A stretch of DNA of 58,960 nucleotides from an uncultured Lachnospiraceae bacterium (GCA_902774725.1 CACYJP010000007.1:1-58960), one strand, 5' to 3'. Shown: positions 38,401 through 49,176, counted from the stretch's first letter. Notes: generated by a model from the letters alone, not told the origin. Numbers and translations: made by a program.

Positions 38401-38426
38401 GTCAAAGGTGGCAGTTCTCATCGTAT

Positions 38427-38463
38427 AAAAATGACCGGCGGTAAATCCGCCGGTCATATTTTA
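38427..38463. terminator. Bidirectional intrinsic terminator
   Basis: ATGACCGGCGG-taaat-CCGCCGGTCAT between convergent genes. Confidence 0.85.
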
Positions 38464-38494
38464 TACTGTTCTGTTTAATTACTACTCAGATTAT

Positions 38495-40017
38495 TTACTG
38501 CTCTGTTGAAACAGGTCCGCTCTCTTTACGGATTACATCATGTGCTCCACCTTCTACAATACTTGTAGATGAAACAAGTGTAAGCTTAGCCTTTGACTGG
38601 AATTCTTTGATATCAAGTGCTCCGCAGTTGCACATAGTTGACTTAACCTTGCTGAGTGATCTTGCCACATTGTCCTTGAGTGGTCCTGCATATGGTACGT
38701 AGGAATCAACTCCCTCTTCGAAATGAAGCTTGCTGTCTCCTCCGAGATCATATCTCTGCCAGTTACGAGCACGGTTTGATCCTTCGCCCCAATACTCTTT
38801 TACGTAATTACCATTTACAAGAAGCTTTGCAGAAGCTTTGCTGTAGGGCTTTCGTCGAATCTTGCGAAGTAACGACCAAGCATTACGAAATCAGCTCCCA
38901 TAGCAAGTGCAAGTGTGATGTGGTGATCATAAACGATTCCACCATCTGAACATACAGGGATATAAATACCTGTCTCTTCGAAATACTCATCACGTGCCTG
39001 GCAAACCTCGATAAGTGCTGTAGCCTGTCCACGTCCGATACCCTTTGTCTCTCTAGTGATACAGATAGAACCACCACCGATTCCGACTTTGATAAAGTCT
39101 GCACCGCAATCAGCAAGGAATCTGAAGCCTTCTCTGTCAACTACATTTCCGGCTCCTACCTTTACTGAATCTCCGTAATTATCTCTGATCCACTTAAGAG
39201 TAAACTTCTGCCAGTCTGAGAATCCCTCTGATGAATCTATACAAAGTACATCAGCGCCTGCTTCGATAAGTGCAGGAACTCTCTCAGCATAATCACGTGT
39301 GTTGATTCCGGCTCCTACTATATATCTCTTCTGATCATCCAGGAGCTCACCCGGATTCTTCTTATGCTCATCATAGTCTTTTCTGAAAACGAAGCTGTCA
39401 AGTCTACCTTCCTCATCAACTATAGGAAGTGAATTGAGCTTGTTATCCCAGATAACATCATTTGCCTCTGAAATAGTACATCCGGCCTTAGCTGTTATAA
39501 GCTTCTCAAGCGGAGTCATAAACTCCTTAACCTTTACATCGTTACCCATACGGCTTACACGGTAATCTCTGCTTGATACTATTCCGACAAGCTTACCCTG
39601 GTTTGTTCCGTCCTCAGTAACTGCAACTGTTGCATGACCTGTCTTTGCCTTGAGTGCAAGTATATCTCCAAGTGTGTTCTCAGGACTCACATTGGAATCA
39701 CTCTTAACAAATCCTGCCTTATATGCCTTAACCTTGGCAACCATAGCTGCTTCATCTTCAACTGACTGTGATCCGTAAATAAATGAAACACCGCCCTCTT
39801 TTGCAAGTGCTATAGCAAGTCTGTCACCTGATACAGACTGCATGATAGCTGATACCATAGGAATTGTCATCTCTATCGCCGGCTCTTCACCTTTTTTGAA
39901 TTTAACAAGTGGAGTCTTAAGACTTACATTATCAGGTACACACTCACTTGATGAATATCCCGGGATAAGTAAGTACTCATTAAATGTATGAGATGGTTCT
40001 GTGATATAGGTTGCCAT
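38495..40017 (-). pseudogene. guaB: IMP dehydrogenase frameshifted by an 11-bp tandem duplication at 38820-38841 (503 aa if repaired)
   Basis: CBS pair, [23 protein letters not shown]; the C-terminus ([31 protein letters not shown]) continues in another frame to TAA at 38495. Confidence 0.88.
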
Positions 40018-40053
40018 GATTTTTCCTCCTTATATTTAAAATGATTGTTCGAA

Positions 40054-40082
40054 ATTATACTCCAGTTTATTACTAAAAACAA
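40054..40082 (-). promoter_or_regulatory. Sigma-A promoter TTGTTT-17-TATAAT of guaB
   Basis: Perfect -10, 17-bp spacer. Confidence 0.55.
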
Positions 40083-40106
40083 GTGGCAAATTAAACAAAT
40101 ATAGCA

Positions 40107-41000
40107 TTATTTTTCCGCCAGAGTTTTCTCTATCTGTATCTTTTTTCTGCTGGACTTTACATGATTACCCACAACCTCGGAAACATCCGAAATTGTTGTA
40201 AATGTACTACCCTCGACAGAGTTTATTATTCTCTTTAATTCAAATATCTCAGCACGCGTCACCACGCAATAAAGAATATCCTTTGTTTCGCTGCTGACAA
40301 GTCCCTGTCCCTGCATAAATGTGACTGTACGCCCGAGCTGAACATATATATCCTGCGCCAGTTCTTTTCCCTTGTCGGTGATTATCATAACCGACTTGGT
40401 ATTGTCCCAGCCTATTTCAACGATATCTATAACCTTTGAGGTAATGAAGTACATCAGGAGTGAATACATACCGCGGTCAAGTCCGAAAACAGCCGCCGCA
40501 ACAGAATAAATGATAACATTGAAGAATAGTATTATCTGTCCGGTTGATATAGACAGCTTCTTGCTTATCAGAATTGCAACTATCTCAGTTCCGTCCAGGC
40601 ACGCACCGCCTCTCAGAACAAGGCCAACTCCTACTCCCAGTAGAACGCCGCCAAATGTAGTCGCCAGTATTATATCTTCAGTAGCATTGGTCATCTCCTC
40701 GAACACTCCTGTCATAGCGGAGAACACAACTATCGCCACTACAGTCCTGAGAATGAATCCTTTACCAAGCTTTTTGAATCCGACTATTATAAACGGTATA
40801 TTCAGAATAACCACAAGTATTCCGAGCTTCCAGGATATGAAATGACTGAGGATCATACTGATACCCGTAACTCCGCCATCAAGTATATGATTAGGCGCAA
40901 GGAACTCCTCCAGCGCAAAAGCCGCAATGACTGCACCGGTTATGATCATCACCCATGAGAGGATGTTATTTTTAATTCTCTTTTTTCTCCCCTTTGTCAT
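40107..41000 (-). CDS. YitT family membrane protein (DUF2179 C-terminus)
   Basis: DGGVTGIS, NIPF, GACLDGTEI, GRTVT, CVVTRAE. Confidence 0.9.
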   Translation of the reverse strand: MTKGRKKRIKNNILSWVMIITGAVIAAFALEEFLAPNHILDGGVTGISMILSHFISWKLGILVVILNIPFIIVGFKKLGKGFILRTVVAIVVFSAMTGVFEEMTNATEDIILATTFGGVLLGVGVGLVLRGGACLDGTEIVAILISKKLSISTGQIILFFNVIIYSVAAAVFGLDRGMYSLLMYFITSKVIDIVEIGWDNTKSVMIITDKGKELAQDIYVQLGRTVTFMQGQGLVSSETKDILYCVVTRAEIFELKRIINSVEGSTFTTISDVSEVVGNHVKSSRKKIQIEKTLAEK

Positions 41001-42121
41001 CAGACCACTTCACCCTTTAGCGATATATACGCCTTCTTTATCAATGTAGCCAGCATTCTCCTTATCCAGTCGATCGACCAGCATGCTATATAAATCACAA
41101 GAATAATACCTATTATTTTAAACAGATAACCAATCCCCGTGTAGAAGGATATGTTATCTATCGTAAATATCTCATCCCATATAAGATGCCTGAGCAAAGG
41201 ATGCTCATGTATCATATATACTCCGAGATTGCCGATACTTATATAGTTTATTATCCGACCTGCCCTTTCATATCTCGAGAAGTCCAGCTTCTCAAAGAAT
41301 CTGAAGATACAGGTGCACTGAAGCACCACAAGCGGATTATCATTATAGCCTATAACAGAGTCTATTCCATCATCCGGATACTTATAGACAATAAATACAT
41401 TTATCAGACCAAGAAGCAGAAAACCAACCAGATAGATAAACGGCTTGTTCCACAGATTATCCGACTCGTTGTTGTGACTGCTGAATATATGATAACGCCT
41501 CATATATGCACCCAGAAGGTACATAAAGATGAAATCATAAAGACTCTTTCCACCCTGCGTTGAAAGGATTTTCTTAAGACCGATTATTCCTTCGAAGGGC
41601 TCAAGCATGCTTAGCGGCTGCCAGATACAGAGCATAAAGAAGCATATCCCCAGAAGTCCCAGAAACTGATTTCTGGTAAGTCCTCTCACCATCTTATTAA
41701 GATAAGGCGAAAGAATAAGCACCAGCAGATAAAGCGTCATAAAATACCATGTTCTTGAAAGAAATGGTATAAATGCCTTTATCTTAAGCTCATCCGTCAC
41801 TTCCTCCGGTCTGAAGATACCATAGACAAATGGTATCGCAAGGGAATAAAAATACATAGGAAGATATGCCTTAAGCATCCTCTTCCTATTGAAATCAGTC
41901 TTTGTTTCACTCAGAAAATAACCCATGATTATGATGAATACGAAAACCGGACAGCGGCACATCAGCCACAGTACCCAGTAAATAAGCTCGGTCTTTCCTT
42001 CAAGGAGCGAAGCTATATCGCTGTACTCACCATACTCTGAAACATGTAGAAATATGATCTGCAGCATCATAAGAATTCTGAGCAATTCTATATTGGAGTT
42101 TCTACTTTTCTTAACTTCCAT
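41000..42121 (-). CDS. Acyltransferase family 3 membrane protein
   Basis: RNSNIELLRI..H, F..I.GYF, WYF..Y, GVYMIH; about 10 TMs. Confidence 0.88.
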   Translation of the reverse strand: MEVKKSRNSNIELLRILMMLQIIFLHVSEYGEYSDIASLLEGKTELIYWVLWLMCRCPVFVFIIIMGYFLSETKTDFNRKRMLKAYLPMYFYSLAIPFVYGIFRPEEVTDELKIKAFIPFLSRTWYFMTLYLLVLILSPYLNKMVRGLTRNQFLGLLGICFFMLCIWQPLSMLEPFEGIIGLKKILSTQGGKSLYDFIFMYLLGAYMRRYHIFSSHNNESDNLWNKPFIYLVGFLLLGLINVFIVYKYPDDGIDSVIGYNDNPLVVLQCTCIFRFFEKLDFSRYERAGRIINYISIGNLGVYMIHEHPLLRHLIWDEIFTIDNISFYTGIGYLFKIIGIILVIYIACWSIDWIRRMLATLIKKAYISLKGEVV

Positions 42122-42871
42122 TTAATCAGTACCAACTATTTTTTCAACTATCTCCGCAGTTGCATCTGCCGGAGCATCAGGCGTCGACACACTGCCAACT
42201 ATGATATATGGTATTCCATTCAGATAGCACACCTGACCTAAAGCCGCACTATCCATATCATAAACATCTCCGTCGTGATCCTTCACGATCTTATCTATTT
42301 CATCATTAGTCAACTCATACTTATCACCGGAGCAGACACTGACCTCAAATACATTATCGGCAGAAGCTGTCTTCTTCGCAACATCAAGTGCCGTTTTATG
42401 AAGCTCGACATCTGTTGCAAAGGCACCAAGTCCTGTTGCAGGAATCTCTGCCGGTGCATAACCTGCACCTGTGGCATCAAAATCAGACTGTATTGTTTCA
42501 GTCGCAACAAGAATACTTCCTTCTTTGTAATCGTCCTTAAGTGAAACAAAAGAGTTTGCCTCTATGATCTTGGTAGCTCCGAATTTATCGAGAAGTATCT
42601 GTGTCGCTGTAGCAGTATTTACCTTTCCTATTTCATTTTTGACAAGTACAACATTTTGATCCTTCATAGTACCAAGATAAAATGTCATGTCTGCCACTTC
42701 TTTTTTATCTTCAACCTTCATCTTCTTTTTTATCTGTTCTGCCTGAACATCAGACGAAGTGATGATTCCATATTTATCCTTCGATGCTGCATTTTTATTA
42801 CCACAGCCATTTAACATCATGCAGCCCATTATTGTTATAAGTACTAAACAAACAAGTTTCTTAAACTTCAT
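42122..42871 (-). CDS. Lipoprotein with MTA/SAH nucleosidase (MtnN/PNP_UDP) fold, catalytic residues substituted
   Basis: Lipobox LNG|C; IGKVN, D.DAT..GY..EIP, SGD, DMDSAALGQVC..NGIP. Confidence 0.8.
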   Translation of the reverse strand: MKFKKLVCLVLITIMGCMMLNGCGNKNAASKDKYGIITSSDVQAEQIKKKMKVEDKKEVADMTFYLGTMKDQNVVLVKNEIGKVNTATATQILLDKFGATKIIEANSFVSLKDDYKEGSILVATETIQSDFDATGAGYAPAEIPATGLGAFATDVELHKTALDVAKKTASADNVFEVSVCSGDKYELTNDEIDKIVKDHDGDVYDMDSAALGQVCYLNGIPYIIVGSVSTPDAPADATAEIVEKIVGTD

Positions 42872-42955
42872 ACCTTCCTCCGGTTTTGTTTATATTAATA
42901 ATCCAACTGTCACTATTCCCCGCCTAAAGAAGCGTTTTCTCTCGCTGAGATAAAG

Positions 42956-43960
42956 CTAAGATGTCAGACATATGATTCCAGCCCCACGTCCGGTCACACC
43001 CTTATCATACCTATAAGAAAAGAATATATCATGATTCTTCATCGTGCAAAGCTTTGTATTATATATATTTTGCGACTTAAGACCTGCATTGACCAGAATA
43101 AGTTCATTCAGGTTCCAAAGGTTAAGCATATATCTGTCTCTGATTTTTACTGTCCTGAAAAGTATATACGGATTTCCACGGTGTGTTGTGTAGCTCTTTG
43201 CTCTGCACCTGACGTAAACATCCTCCTTCGGTCTTTCCGACGGATCAACCTCTTCTTTTTTCATATCGAGGTATGATACATTTGCATCACTCATATCTAT
43301 ATAAGGACATCTGTATATCTCACTAATGACCGCTTCATCCACCTCGTAATTGTCCGGCCCGATTGATGGACCGATAGCAGCGTGGATATTTTCCGGGAGA
43401 CACCCATATTCAGAAACCATCTTTTCAACTGTCTTCGCCGCAATTCCGGCTACTGTTCCACGCCAGCCCGCATGCGCTACACCGATAGCACGGCTTACGG
43501 GATCGGCAAGGATTATCGGAACGCAGTCAGCAGTATATACAATAAGCGGGAGATTCTTTACATTGGTCACCTGCGCATCTATCTCAAAATGTGTACGCGG
43601 CCTTGCTATTCCGTCGCCCGCATCCTCTTCTGTCACAACGAGAACGTTCGACTTATGAACCTGATGAGTACAGGATATCCTTGTATGGTCGATCCCCATG
43701 CTCACTCCGATTCTGCGATAATTCTCCATAACAGCTCGCTCATTATCATCAGTGTTAATACCAAGATTGAGCGATGAGAAAGCTCCTCTGCTGGCACCAC
43801 CGAGCCTTGTAGTAAAGCCGGCAGTTATGCCATTCATATCATCAAAGCCTCTTACCCTGATGAATGGTGCTTCGCCCCGAGTATCAAGGCAGAGCGAACT
43901 TGCCTTCAGAACACCTTCATAGTCTCTATCAATTATTTCCTTCGCCTTCTCTATGTTCAT
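42956..43960 (-). CDS. pgeF: PgeF/YfiH family protein (purine nucleoside phosphorylase / peptidoglycan editing factor)
   Basis: FTTRLGG, SLNLG, QVH, ADCVP, HAGWRG, GPSI..YEV, CT..FFSYR. Confidence 0.9.
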   Translation of the reverse strand: MNIEKAKEIIDRDYEGVLKASSLCLDTRGEAPFIRVRGFDDMNGITAGFTTRLGGASRGAFSSLNLGINTDDNERAVMENYRRIGVSMGIDHTRISCTHQVHKSNVLVVTEEDAGDGIARPRTHFEIDAQVTNVKNLPLIVYTADCVPIILADPVSRAIGVAHAGWRGTVAGIAAKTVEKMVSEYGCLPENIHAAIGPSIGPDNYEVDEAVISEIYRCPYIDMSDANVSYLDMKKEEVDPSERPKEDVYVRCRAKSYTTHRGNPYILFRTVKIRDRYMLNLWNLNELILVNAGLKSQNIYNTKLCTMKNHDIFFSYRYDKGVTGRGAGIICLTS

Positions 43961-44882
43961 TCTTGTTAAATAACCTTCCTAGCTTTCCAAATAACATAGG
44001 GTATAATCCAAATGCAACAAATGCAATAACTGCATATCTAAAAGCTCTGAGTGCAAAAGGACCTGCTGCTTTCGTTTCAAGAAATTCCTTTGAAAACGGT
44101 GCTTTGATAAGAAAATTCAAAACTCCGTATGTAGCAAAGCCACCTAAAACTCTTATTACACTTTCTATCGGATTACGTGTTTCCTTGAAGTTTACATAAC
44201 GTCTTTCAAAAATATCAGCTGAAAAGAATCCGATTATAAGTCCAAGACATGTAAAGTAGTCTTCTGTCCTGCAGTAAAAAACACCCATCAGGGCTATAAC
44301 CGTAACAATTGCATATAATATCTCTATTCTCTTTACTCTTTTCTGAATAGCAGACATTCCGAAAACTACGATCGTTCCGACTACCCATCCGAACAAGACA
44401 TCTGTAGGATAATGAACTCCCAGCATAACTCTCGAAACACCGACAATAATCGGAATGATGATTGCCGGAATAAGCAGCTTCTTATTCTTAGTAAAAACCG
44501 GGATTGACAGATACGATGTAGTTGAATTCATCGTGTGCGCACTAGGGAACGAAAACCCCTGTGATGCTATATCCGTAATCGGTGCATCAGAGGCAACCGG
44601 TCTGAGACACTTTATCGATGGATTATCTATATAAGGACGTCTTCTGAGCATAACATTCTTAAGCATAGGACACATTATCAGTCCCACCAGAATATTCATA
44701 CCTATAAATCTTCCAAGATTCTTATCATAGCACCAGAAGATATATCCAAGAATGGCGACAAGAATCACTTCCTCACCGAGCATCGACATAACCGATGCAA
44801 CCTGAGCACCGAAATCGCCGATAAATCCCTGAAGCCATTCCATCAGTTTTACTTCCCAGTCAAAATAAAATGTTTTACCCAT
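43929..44882 (-). CDS. PAP2 family membrane phosphatase
   Basis: K..RRRP, SFPSAH, SRVMLGVHYPTDV. Confidence 0.9.
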   Translation of the reverse strand: MGKTFYFDWEVKLMEWLQGFIGDFGAQVASVMSMLGEEVILVAILGYIFWCYDKNLGRFIGMNILVGLIMCPMLKNVMLRRRPYIDNPSIKCLRPVASDAPITDIASQGFSFPSAHTMNSTTSYLSIPVFTKNKKLLIPAIIIPIIVGVSRVMLGVHYPTDVLFGWVVGTIVVFGMSAIQKRVKRIEILYAIVTVIALMGVFYCRTEDYFTCLGLIIGFFSADIFERRYVNFKETRNPIESVIRVLGGFATYGVLNFLIKAPFSKEFLETKAAGPFALRAFRYAVIAFVAFGLYPMLFGKLGRLFNKNEHREGEGNN

Positions 44883-44885
44883 GGT

Positions 44886-45341
44886 TTACTCTGTCGTAAC
44901 CTCCGTTGTCTCGCTGCCCTCCTTCAGTATCTCTTCAAGTGTGCGCCAGCCAAGAACTGCACACTTTACTCGTGAAGGCATGTGTGATATATCCTTCAGA
45001 GAGCCTGCTTCCTCAAGCATCTCAAGCTCTTCATCAGTAACCTTATCCTTAATCATTTTAAGAAATGTATCCTTCAGCTTAAGTGATTCTTCCACACTTC
45101 TTCCGATCACAAGCTCAAGCATCATATCTGCACTTGCCTGACTGATCGCACAGCCATCACCGAAGAATGCTCCGTCTGTAATTATTCCGTCGTCAGATAC
45201 ATTGAGCTGAAGTGTTATATCATCTCCGCACGATGGATTCACACCACGAAGAGACTTCTGTGGCTCCATAAGCTTGGTCTTGTGCATCGGACGGATATTG
45301 TGTTCTGTGAGTATTTCATTGTAAAATGTTCTGTTTTCCAT
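44886..45341 (-). CDS. sufU: SUF system NifU-family protein
   Basis: NPSCGD, GCAISQAS, RVKCA. Confidence 0.95.
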   Translation of the reverse strand: MENRTFYNEILTEHNIRPMHKTKLMEPQKSLRGVNPSCGDDITLQLNVSDDGIITDGAFFGDGCAISQASADMMLELVIGRSVEESLKLKDTFLKMIKDKVTDEELEMLEEAGSLKDISHMPSRVKCAVLGWRTLEEILKEGSETTEVTTE

Positions 45342-45359
45342 AATCTTCCTCTTTATTAA

Positions 45360-46592
45360 TTAATCAGGGTAACCCATCATAGGGCGTATCTTTGACATAA
45401 CCTCCAGGAGCCTCTCCACCTCTTCTTCTGTATTATAGAACATAAGGCTGGCTCTTGTGGTTGAAGGTATTTTGATAAACTGATGCAGCGGCTCAGCACA
45501 GTGATGTCCAGCACGTACTGCCACATCCGAGTCTGCTATTATAGCTGCTATATCATGCGGATGTACTCCCTCTATCTTAAAGGTGAGTATTCCATGGTGT
45601 TCTTCTGCCGCATCAGAGCCAAGAACGATTACGTGTGGAATCTTCTTCATTCCATCCAGCGCTATTTTAGTAAGCTCAAGTTCTCGCTCTTCAATATTAT
45701 GTAAACCTATTGACTCTATGTAATCAATTGCTGCAGCAAGACCTACCGCTCCGCCTGCATTTACTGTTCCGGCCTCAAACTTGTGAGGTAATTCAGCATA
45801 AGTGATGCTGTCCAGCGTTACATACTCTATCATCTCACCACCGGACAAAAACGGCGGCATCTTCTCTAGTATCTCCTGTTTTCCATAGAGCACTCCTATT
45901 CCCATAGGTGCCAGCATCTTGTGACCGGAGAATGCCAGGAAATCTACATCCAGATCCTGCACATCAGTTTTACTGTGAGGAACACTCTGCGAACCGTCTG
46001 CTATGAAATAGGCTCCCACCTCATGAGCAGCACCCGCAAAAGCTTTTATATCTATAACTCGACCGAAGATGTTGGACATAGCGGTCATAGCTACTATCCT
46101 GGTTCTGTCTGTCAGAAGTTCTTTAAATCTATCCAGTGAAAAGCTTCCATCCTCTTCGCATTCCAGAAACTTTACTGTCGCACCATATCTCTCAGCAGCA
46201 AGTCTCCACGGGAGCATGTTGCTGTGATGCTCAACAACTGTAGTTATTATCTCATCACCCTCACCGAGTTTTCCTTCTTTGTTAAGCATCTCTGAAAGAG
46301 AATAAGCGACAAGATTAAGACTCTCAGATGCATTTCGTGTGAATATGATTTCTTTATCTGATTCAGCATTTATGAATCCTGCGACCTTTGCTCTTGCAGC
46401 CTCGTATCTCTCTGTCGCATCGATCGACAGCTCATAAAGCCCTCTGAAAGGATTGGAATTATGATGATATTCATAGTCAGCTACTGCTTCAACCACCTGC
46501 CGTGGTCTCTGCGTTGTCGCTGAATTATCAAGATATGCAAGTGTTGACTTCTCGAAAAAAGGAAAGTCCTTTCTTATATCATTTACGTTCAA
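45360..46592 (-). CDS. sufS: Cysteine desulfurase
   Basis: YLDNSATT, EHHSN, FSGHKM, FEAGT, VRAGHHCA. Confidence 0.95.
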   Translation of the reverse strand: MNVNDIRKDFPFFEKSTLAYLDNSATTQRPRQVVEAVADYEYHHNSNPFRGLYELSIDATERYEAARAKVAGFINAESDKEIIFTRNASESLNLVAYSLSEMLNKEGKLGEGDEIITTVVEHHSNMLPWRLAAERYGATVKFLECEEDGSFSLDRFKELLTDRTRIVAMTAMSNIFGRVIDIKAFAGAAHEVGAYFIADGSQSVPHSKTDVQDLDVDFLAFSGHKMLAPMGIGVLYGKQEILEKMPPFLSGGEMIEYVTLDSITYAELPHKFEAGTVNAGGAVGLAAAIDYIESIGLHNIEERELELTKIALDGMKKIPHVIVLGSDAAEEHHGILTFKIEGVHPHDIAAIIADSDVAVRAGHHCAEPLHQFIKIPSTTRASLMFYNTEEEVERLLEVMSKIRPMMGYPD

Positions 46593-46629
46593 GTTACTTA
46601 CCGTCCTTTTTAAAGCATTACTCTATATT

Positions 46630-47724
46630 TTAACTATCTTCCATATGTTTTTCAGCTATCTCTATAGCCTCTTCCTTTGAGGCAAGGAAGAGCTCCCTTG
46701 TCTTATCATCCGGAATTCTTCCTGCAACAGCATCTATTCTTGACTTAGCCATAAGCTCTGTAACCTCAGCTTCAGGAATACCACGACTTGCAAAGTATGT
46801 AAGTATCTCTTCAGAGATTTTTCCGATGGATGCACCATGCGCACCCTCTACATCCTCTTCAGCACAGAGAATAAGAGGAACCGTATTATTATGAACTCCT
46901 TCATCCATCAGGAGTACATCCTCTCTCTCATCACCGGTTGCTGTTTTACAACCCTTGATAAAATCAATAGTTCCGCGGAAGGTCTTATCAGCCTTATCAC
47001 GAAGAACACCACTGACACTTATTTTCGTATCTGTCTTTGCACCTCTATGTCTTGCAACATAGTTGATATCGAGCTTATCCTCACCGGTTACGAGATAGCC
47101 TGTATCGATATCAAGTGTACTCTTGTAACCATCAAGATCAGCACAGCAGCTGAGGGCTACACTTCCCTTTCCGTTCTTTATCTGAATCAGCTTAAGACCA
47201 CCCTTTTCCAGATAACGACCACCAATGCTATCCACAAAATTCGCACCATCTTCAAAATCAAAGATTTCAACCAGTGTAAGCTTTGCAGTTTTTGCAGCCT
47301 TTATTCTTATATCATTAGCGCCGAACTTAGGACAGCCCTTAAAGGTCATAACGACTGTAAGTTCAGAATCCTCACCAAGAACTATCGCTGTTCTGGATAG
47401 CTTACCCACTTCTGAAAAATCATTACCCAAATCGTAAGAAATCCTTATCGGCTCCTCAACCTTCACACCGGCAGGTACAGTATAAGATGCACCACCGGTT
47501 TTAGCCGCATGTGATATCCTTCTGAATTCCTCGCCCGCTCCAAGCTCAACATCGCCAAGGCATACAGAGGTGAAATCAACCTTTCCGACTTTAACCTCTT
47601 CCGGCATTGTATCAACCAAGCCCTCAGCCTTTTCGAACTTGTCAGGAACCGCAACCGTATATTCATTTACCTTAAGCCATGTCCACGTTGGGACCGGCAG
47701 TTTATTAATTGCTATTTCGCTCAT
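46630..47724 (-). CDS. sufD: Fe-S cluster assembly protein SufD
   Basis: FRGTIDF, PLILCAEEDVEGAHGASIG; operon position. Confidence 0.9.
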   Translation of the reverse strand: MSEIAINKLPVPTWTWLKVNEYTVAVPDKFEKAEGLVDTMPEEVKVGKVDFTSVCLGDVELGAGEEFRRISHAAKTGGASYTVPAGVKVEEPIRISYDLGNDFSEVGKLSRTAIVLGEDSELTVVMTFKGCPKFGANDIRIKAAKTAKLTLVEIFDFEDGANFVDSIGGRYLEKGGLKLIQIKNGKGSVALSCCADLDGYKSTLDIDTGYLVTGEDKLDINYVARHRGAKTDTKISVSGVLRDKADKTFRGTIDFIKGCKTATGDEREDVLLMDEGVHNNTVPLILCAEEDVEGAHGASIGKISEEILTYFASRGIPEAEVTELMAKSRIDAVAGRIPDDKTRELFLASKEEAIEIAEKHMEDS

Positions 47725-47760
47725 TATTTTCCTCTTTTAATTTTAATGTGTTGCTAGCCT

Positions 47761-49176
47761 CTATCCAATCGAACCTTTCATCTCAAGTCTGATCAGATTA
47801 TTCATTTCAACTGCATACTCAAGCGGAAGCTCTTTTGATACGTTGTCTGCAAAGCCGCTTACGATCATTGCACGAGCATCCTCTTCGGAGATACCGCGGC
47901 TCATGAGATAGAATATCGCCTCATCAGAGATACGTCCGATTTTAGCCTCATGTCCGATATCAACATCGTCACATCTTACATCCATTGCAGGGACAGTATC
48001 GGATCTTGATATGTCATCAAGCATAAGCGATGAGCAGTCAACCGCCGACTTTGCTCCCTTTGCGTTTGGACCGATAACAACAGCACTTCTAAATGTACTG
48101 ATTCCGCCACTCTTTGAAATAGACTTTGTATTTACAGTCGATACGGAACGAGCACCGGTATGAACAACCTTCATTCCGGTATCAAGATTCTGCCCCTCTC
48201 CCGCAAATGTAATTCCGGTAAATTCAACCTTGGAATCATCGCCCTTAAGAATTGTCATAGGATACAGATAAGATGTATGAGAACCAAATGAACCTGATAC
48301 CCATTCCATCTTTCCGCCCTCTTCTACTGTGGCACGCTTTGTGTTCAGATTGTACATATTCTTAGACCAGTTCTCTATAGTAGAGTATCTGAGTCTTGCG
48401 TTCTTTCCTACAAAAAGCTCAACTGCACCGGCGTGCAGGTTTGCTACGTTGTACTTAGGCGCAGAACAACCTTCGATAAAGTGAAGATCCGCTCCCTCAT
48501 CAACAATTATGAGAGTATGCTCAAACTGTCCGGCTCCCGGCGCATTAAGTCTGAAATAAGACTGAAGAGGAATTTCAACAGTCACGCCCGGTGGTACATA
48601 AACAAAGGATCCACCTGACCAAACTGCACCATGAAGTGCTGCAAACTTATGATCCTGAGGTGTAATAAGAGTCATAAAATGTTCTCTTATCATATCCCCG
48701 TACTCACCATGCATAGCGGACTCCAGATCGGTATAGATAACTCCCTGAGCTGCTACTTCCTCACGAACATTGTGATAAACAAGCTCTGAATCGTACTGTG
48801 CACCTACACCGGCAAGCGACTCTCTCTCAGCCTGTGGAATTCCAAGTCTTTCAAAGGTATCCTTAATTTCTTCAGGTACCTCATCCCAGTCGGCACTCAT
48901 CTTGTTGTCCTTAGGCTTTATATATGTAACTATATTCTCCATGTGAAGTCCGTCGATTGGCGGTCCCCACTCCTTCATTTCCATGTTGTTATAAATATCA
49001 AGTGCTTTAAGACGCAGTTCAAGCATCCACTCAGGATCATTCTTTTCCTTTGATATCTGTCTTACGATTTCAGGAGTCAGACCCTCAGCAACCTTGTAAA
49101 CATCCTCATCTACATTTCGGAAGTCATACAGGCTTCTATCCACGTCTTCTACATATGTTTTTTCTTTATCTGCCAT
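47761..49176 (-). CDS. sufB: Fe-S cluster assembly protein SufB
   Basis: AQYDSE, GQFEHTLI, EGCSAP, HEAKIG, LPLEYAVE. Confidence 0.96.
   Translation of the reverse strand: MADKEKTYVEDVDRSLYDFRNVDEDVYKVAEGLTPEIVRQISKEKNDPEWMLELRLKALDIYNNMEMKEWGPPIDGLHMENIVTYIKPKDNKMSADWDEVPEEIKDTFERLGIPQAERESLAGVGAQYDSELVYHNVREEVAAQGVIYTDLESAMHGEYGDMIREHFMTLITPQDHKFAALHGAVWSGGSFVYVPPGVTVEIPLQSYFRLNAPGAGQFEHTLIIVDEGADLHFIEGCSAPKYNVANLHAGAVELFVGKNARLRYSTIENWSKNMYNLNTKRATVEEGGKMEWVSGSFGSHTSYLYPMTILKGDDSKVEFTGITFAGEGQNLDTGMKVVHTGARSVSTVNTKSISKSGGISTFRSAVVIGPNAKGAKSAVDCSSLMLDDISRSDTVPAMDVRCDDVDIGHEAKIGRISDEAIFYLMSRGISEEDARAMIVSGFADNVSKELPLEYAVEMNNLIRLEMKGSIG

Noticed and set aside
38554-38772. Short minus-strand ORF downstream of truncated guaB
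   Set aside because: Off-frame shadow; the real coding frame there is the guaB C-terminus
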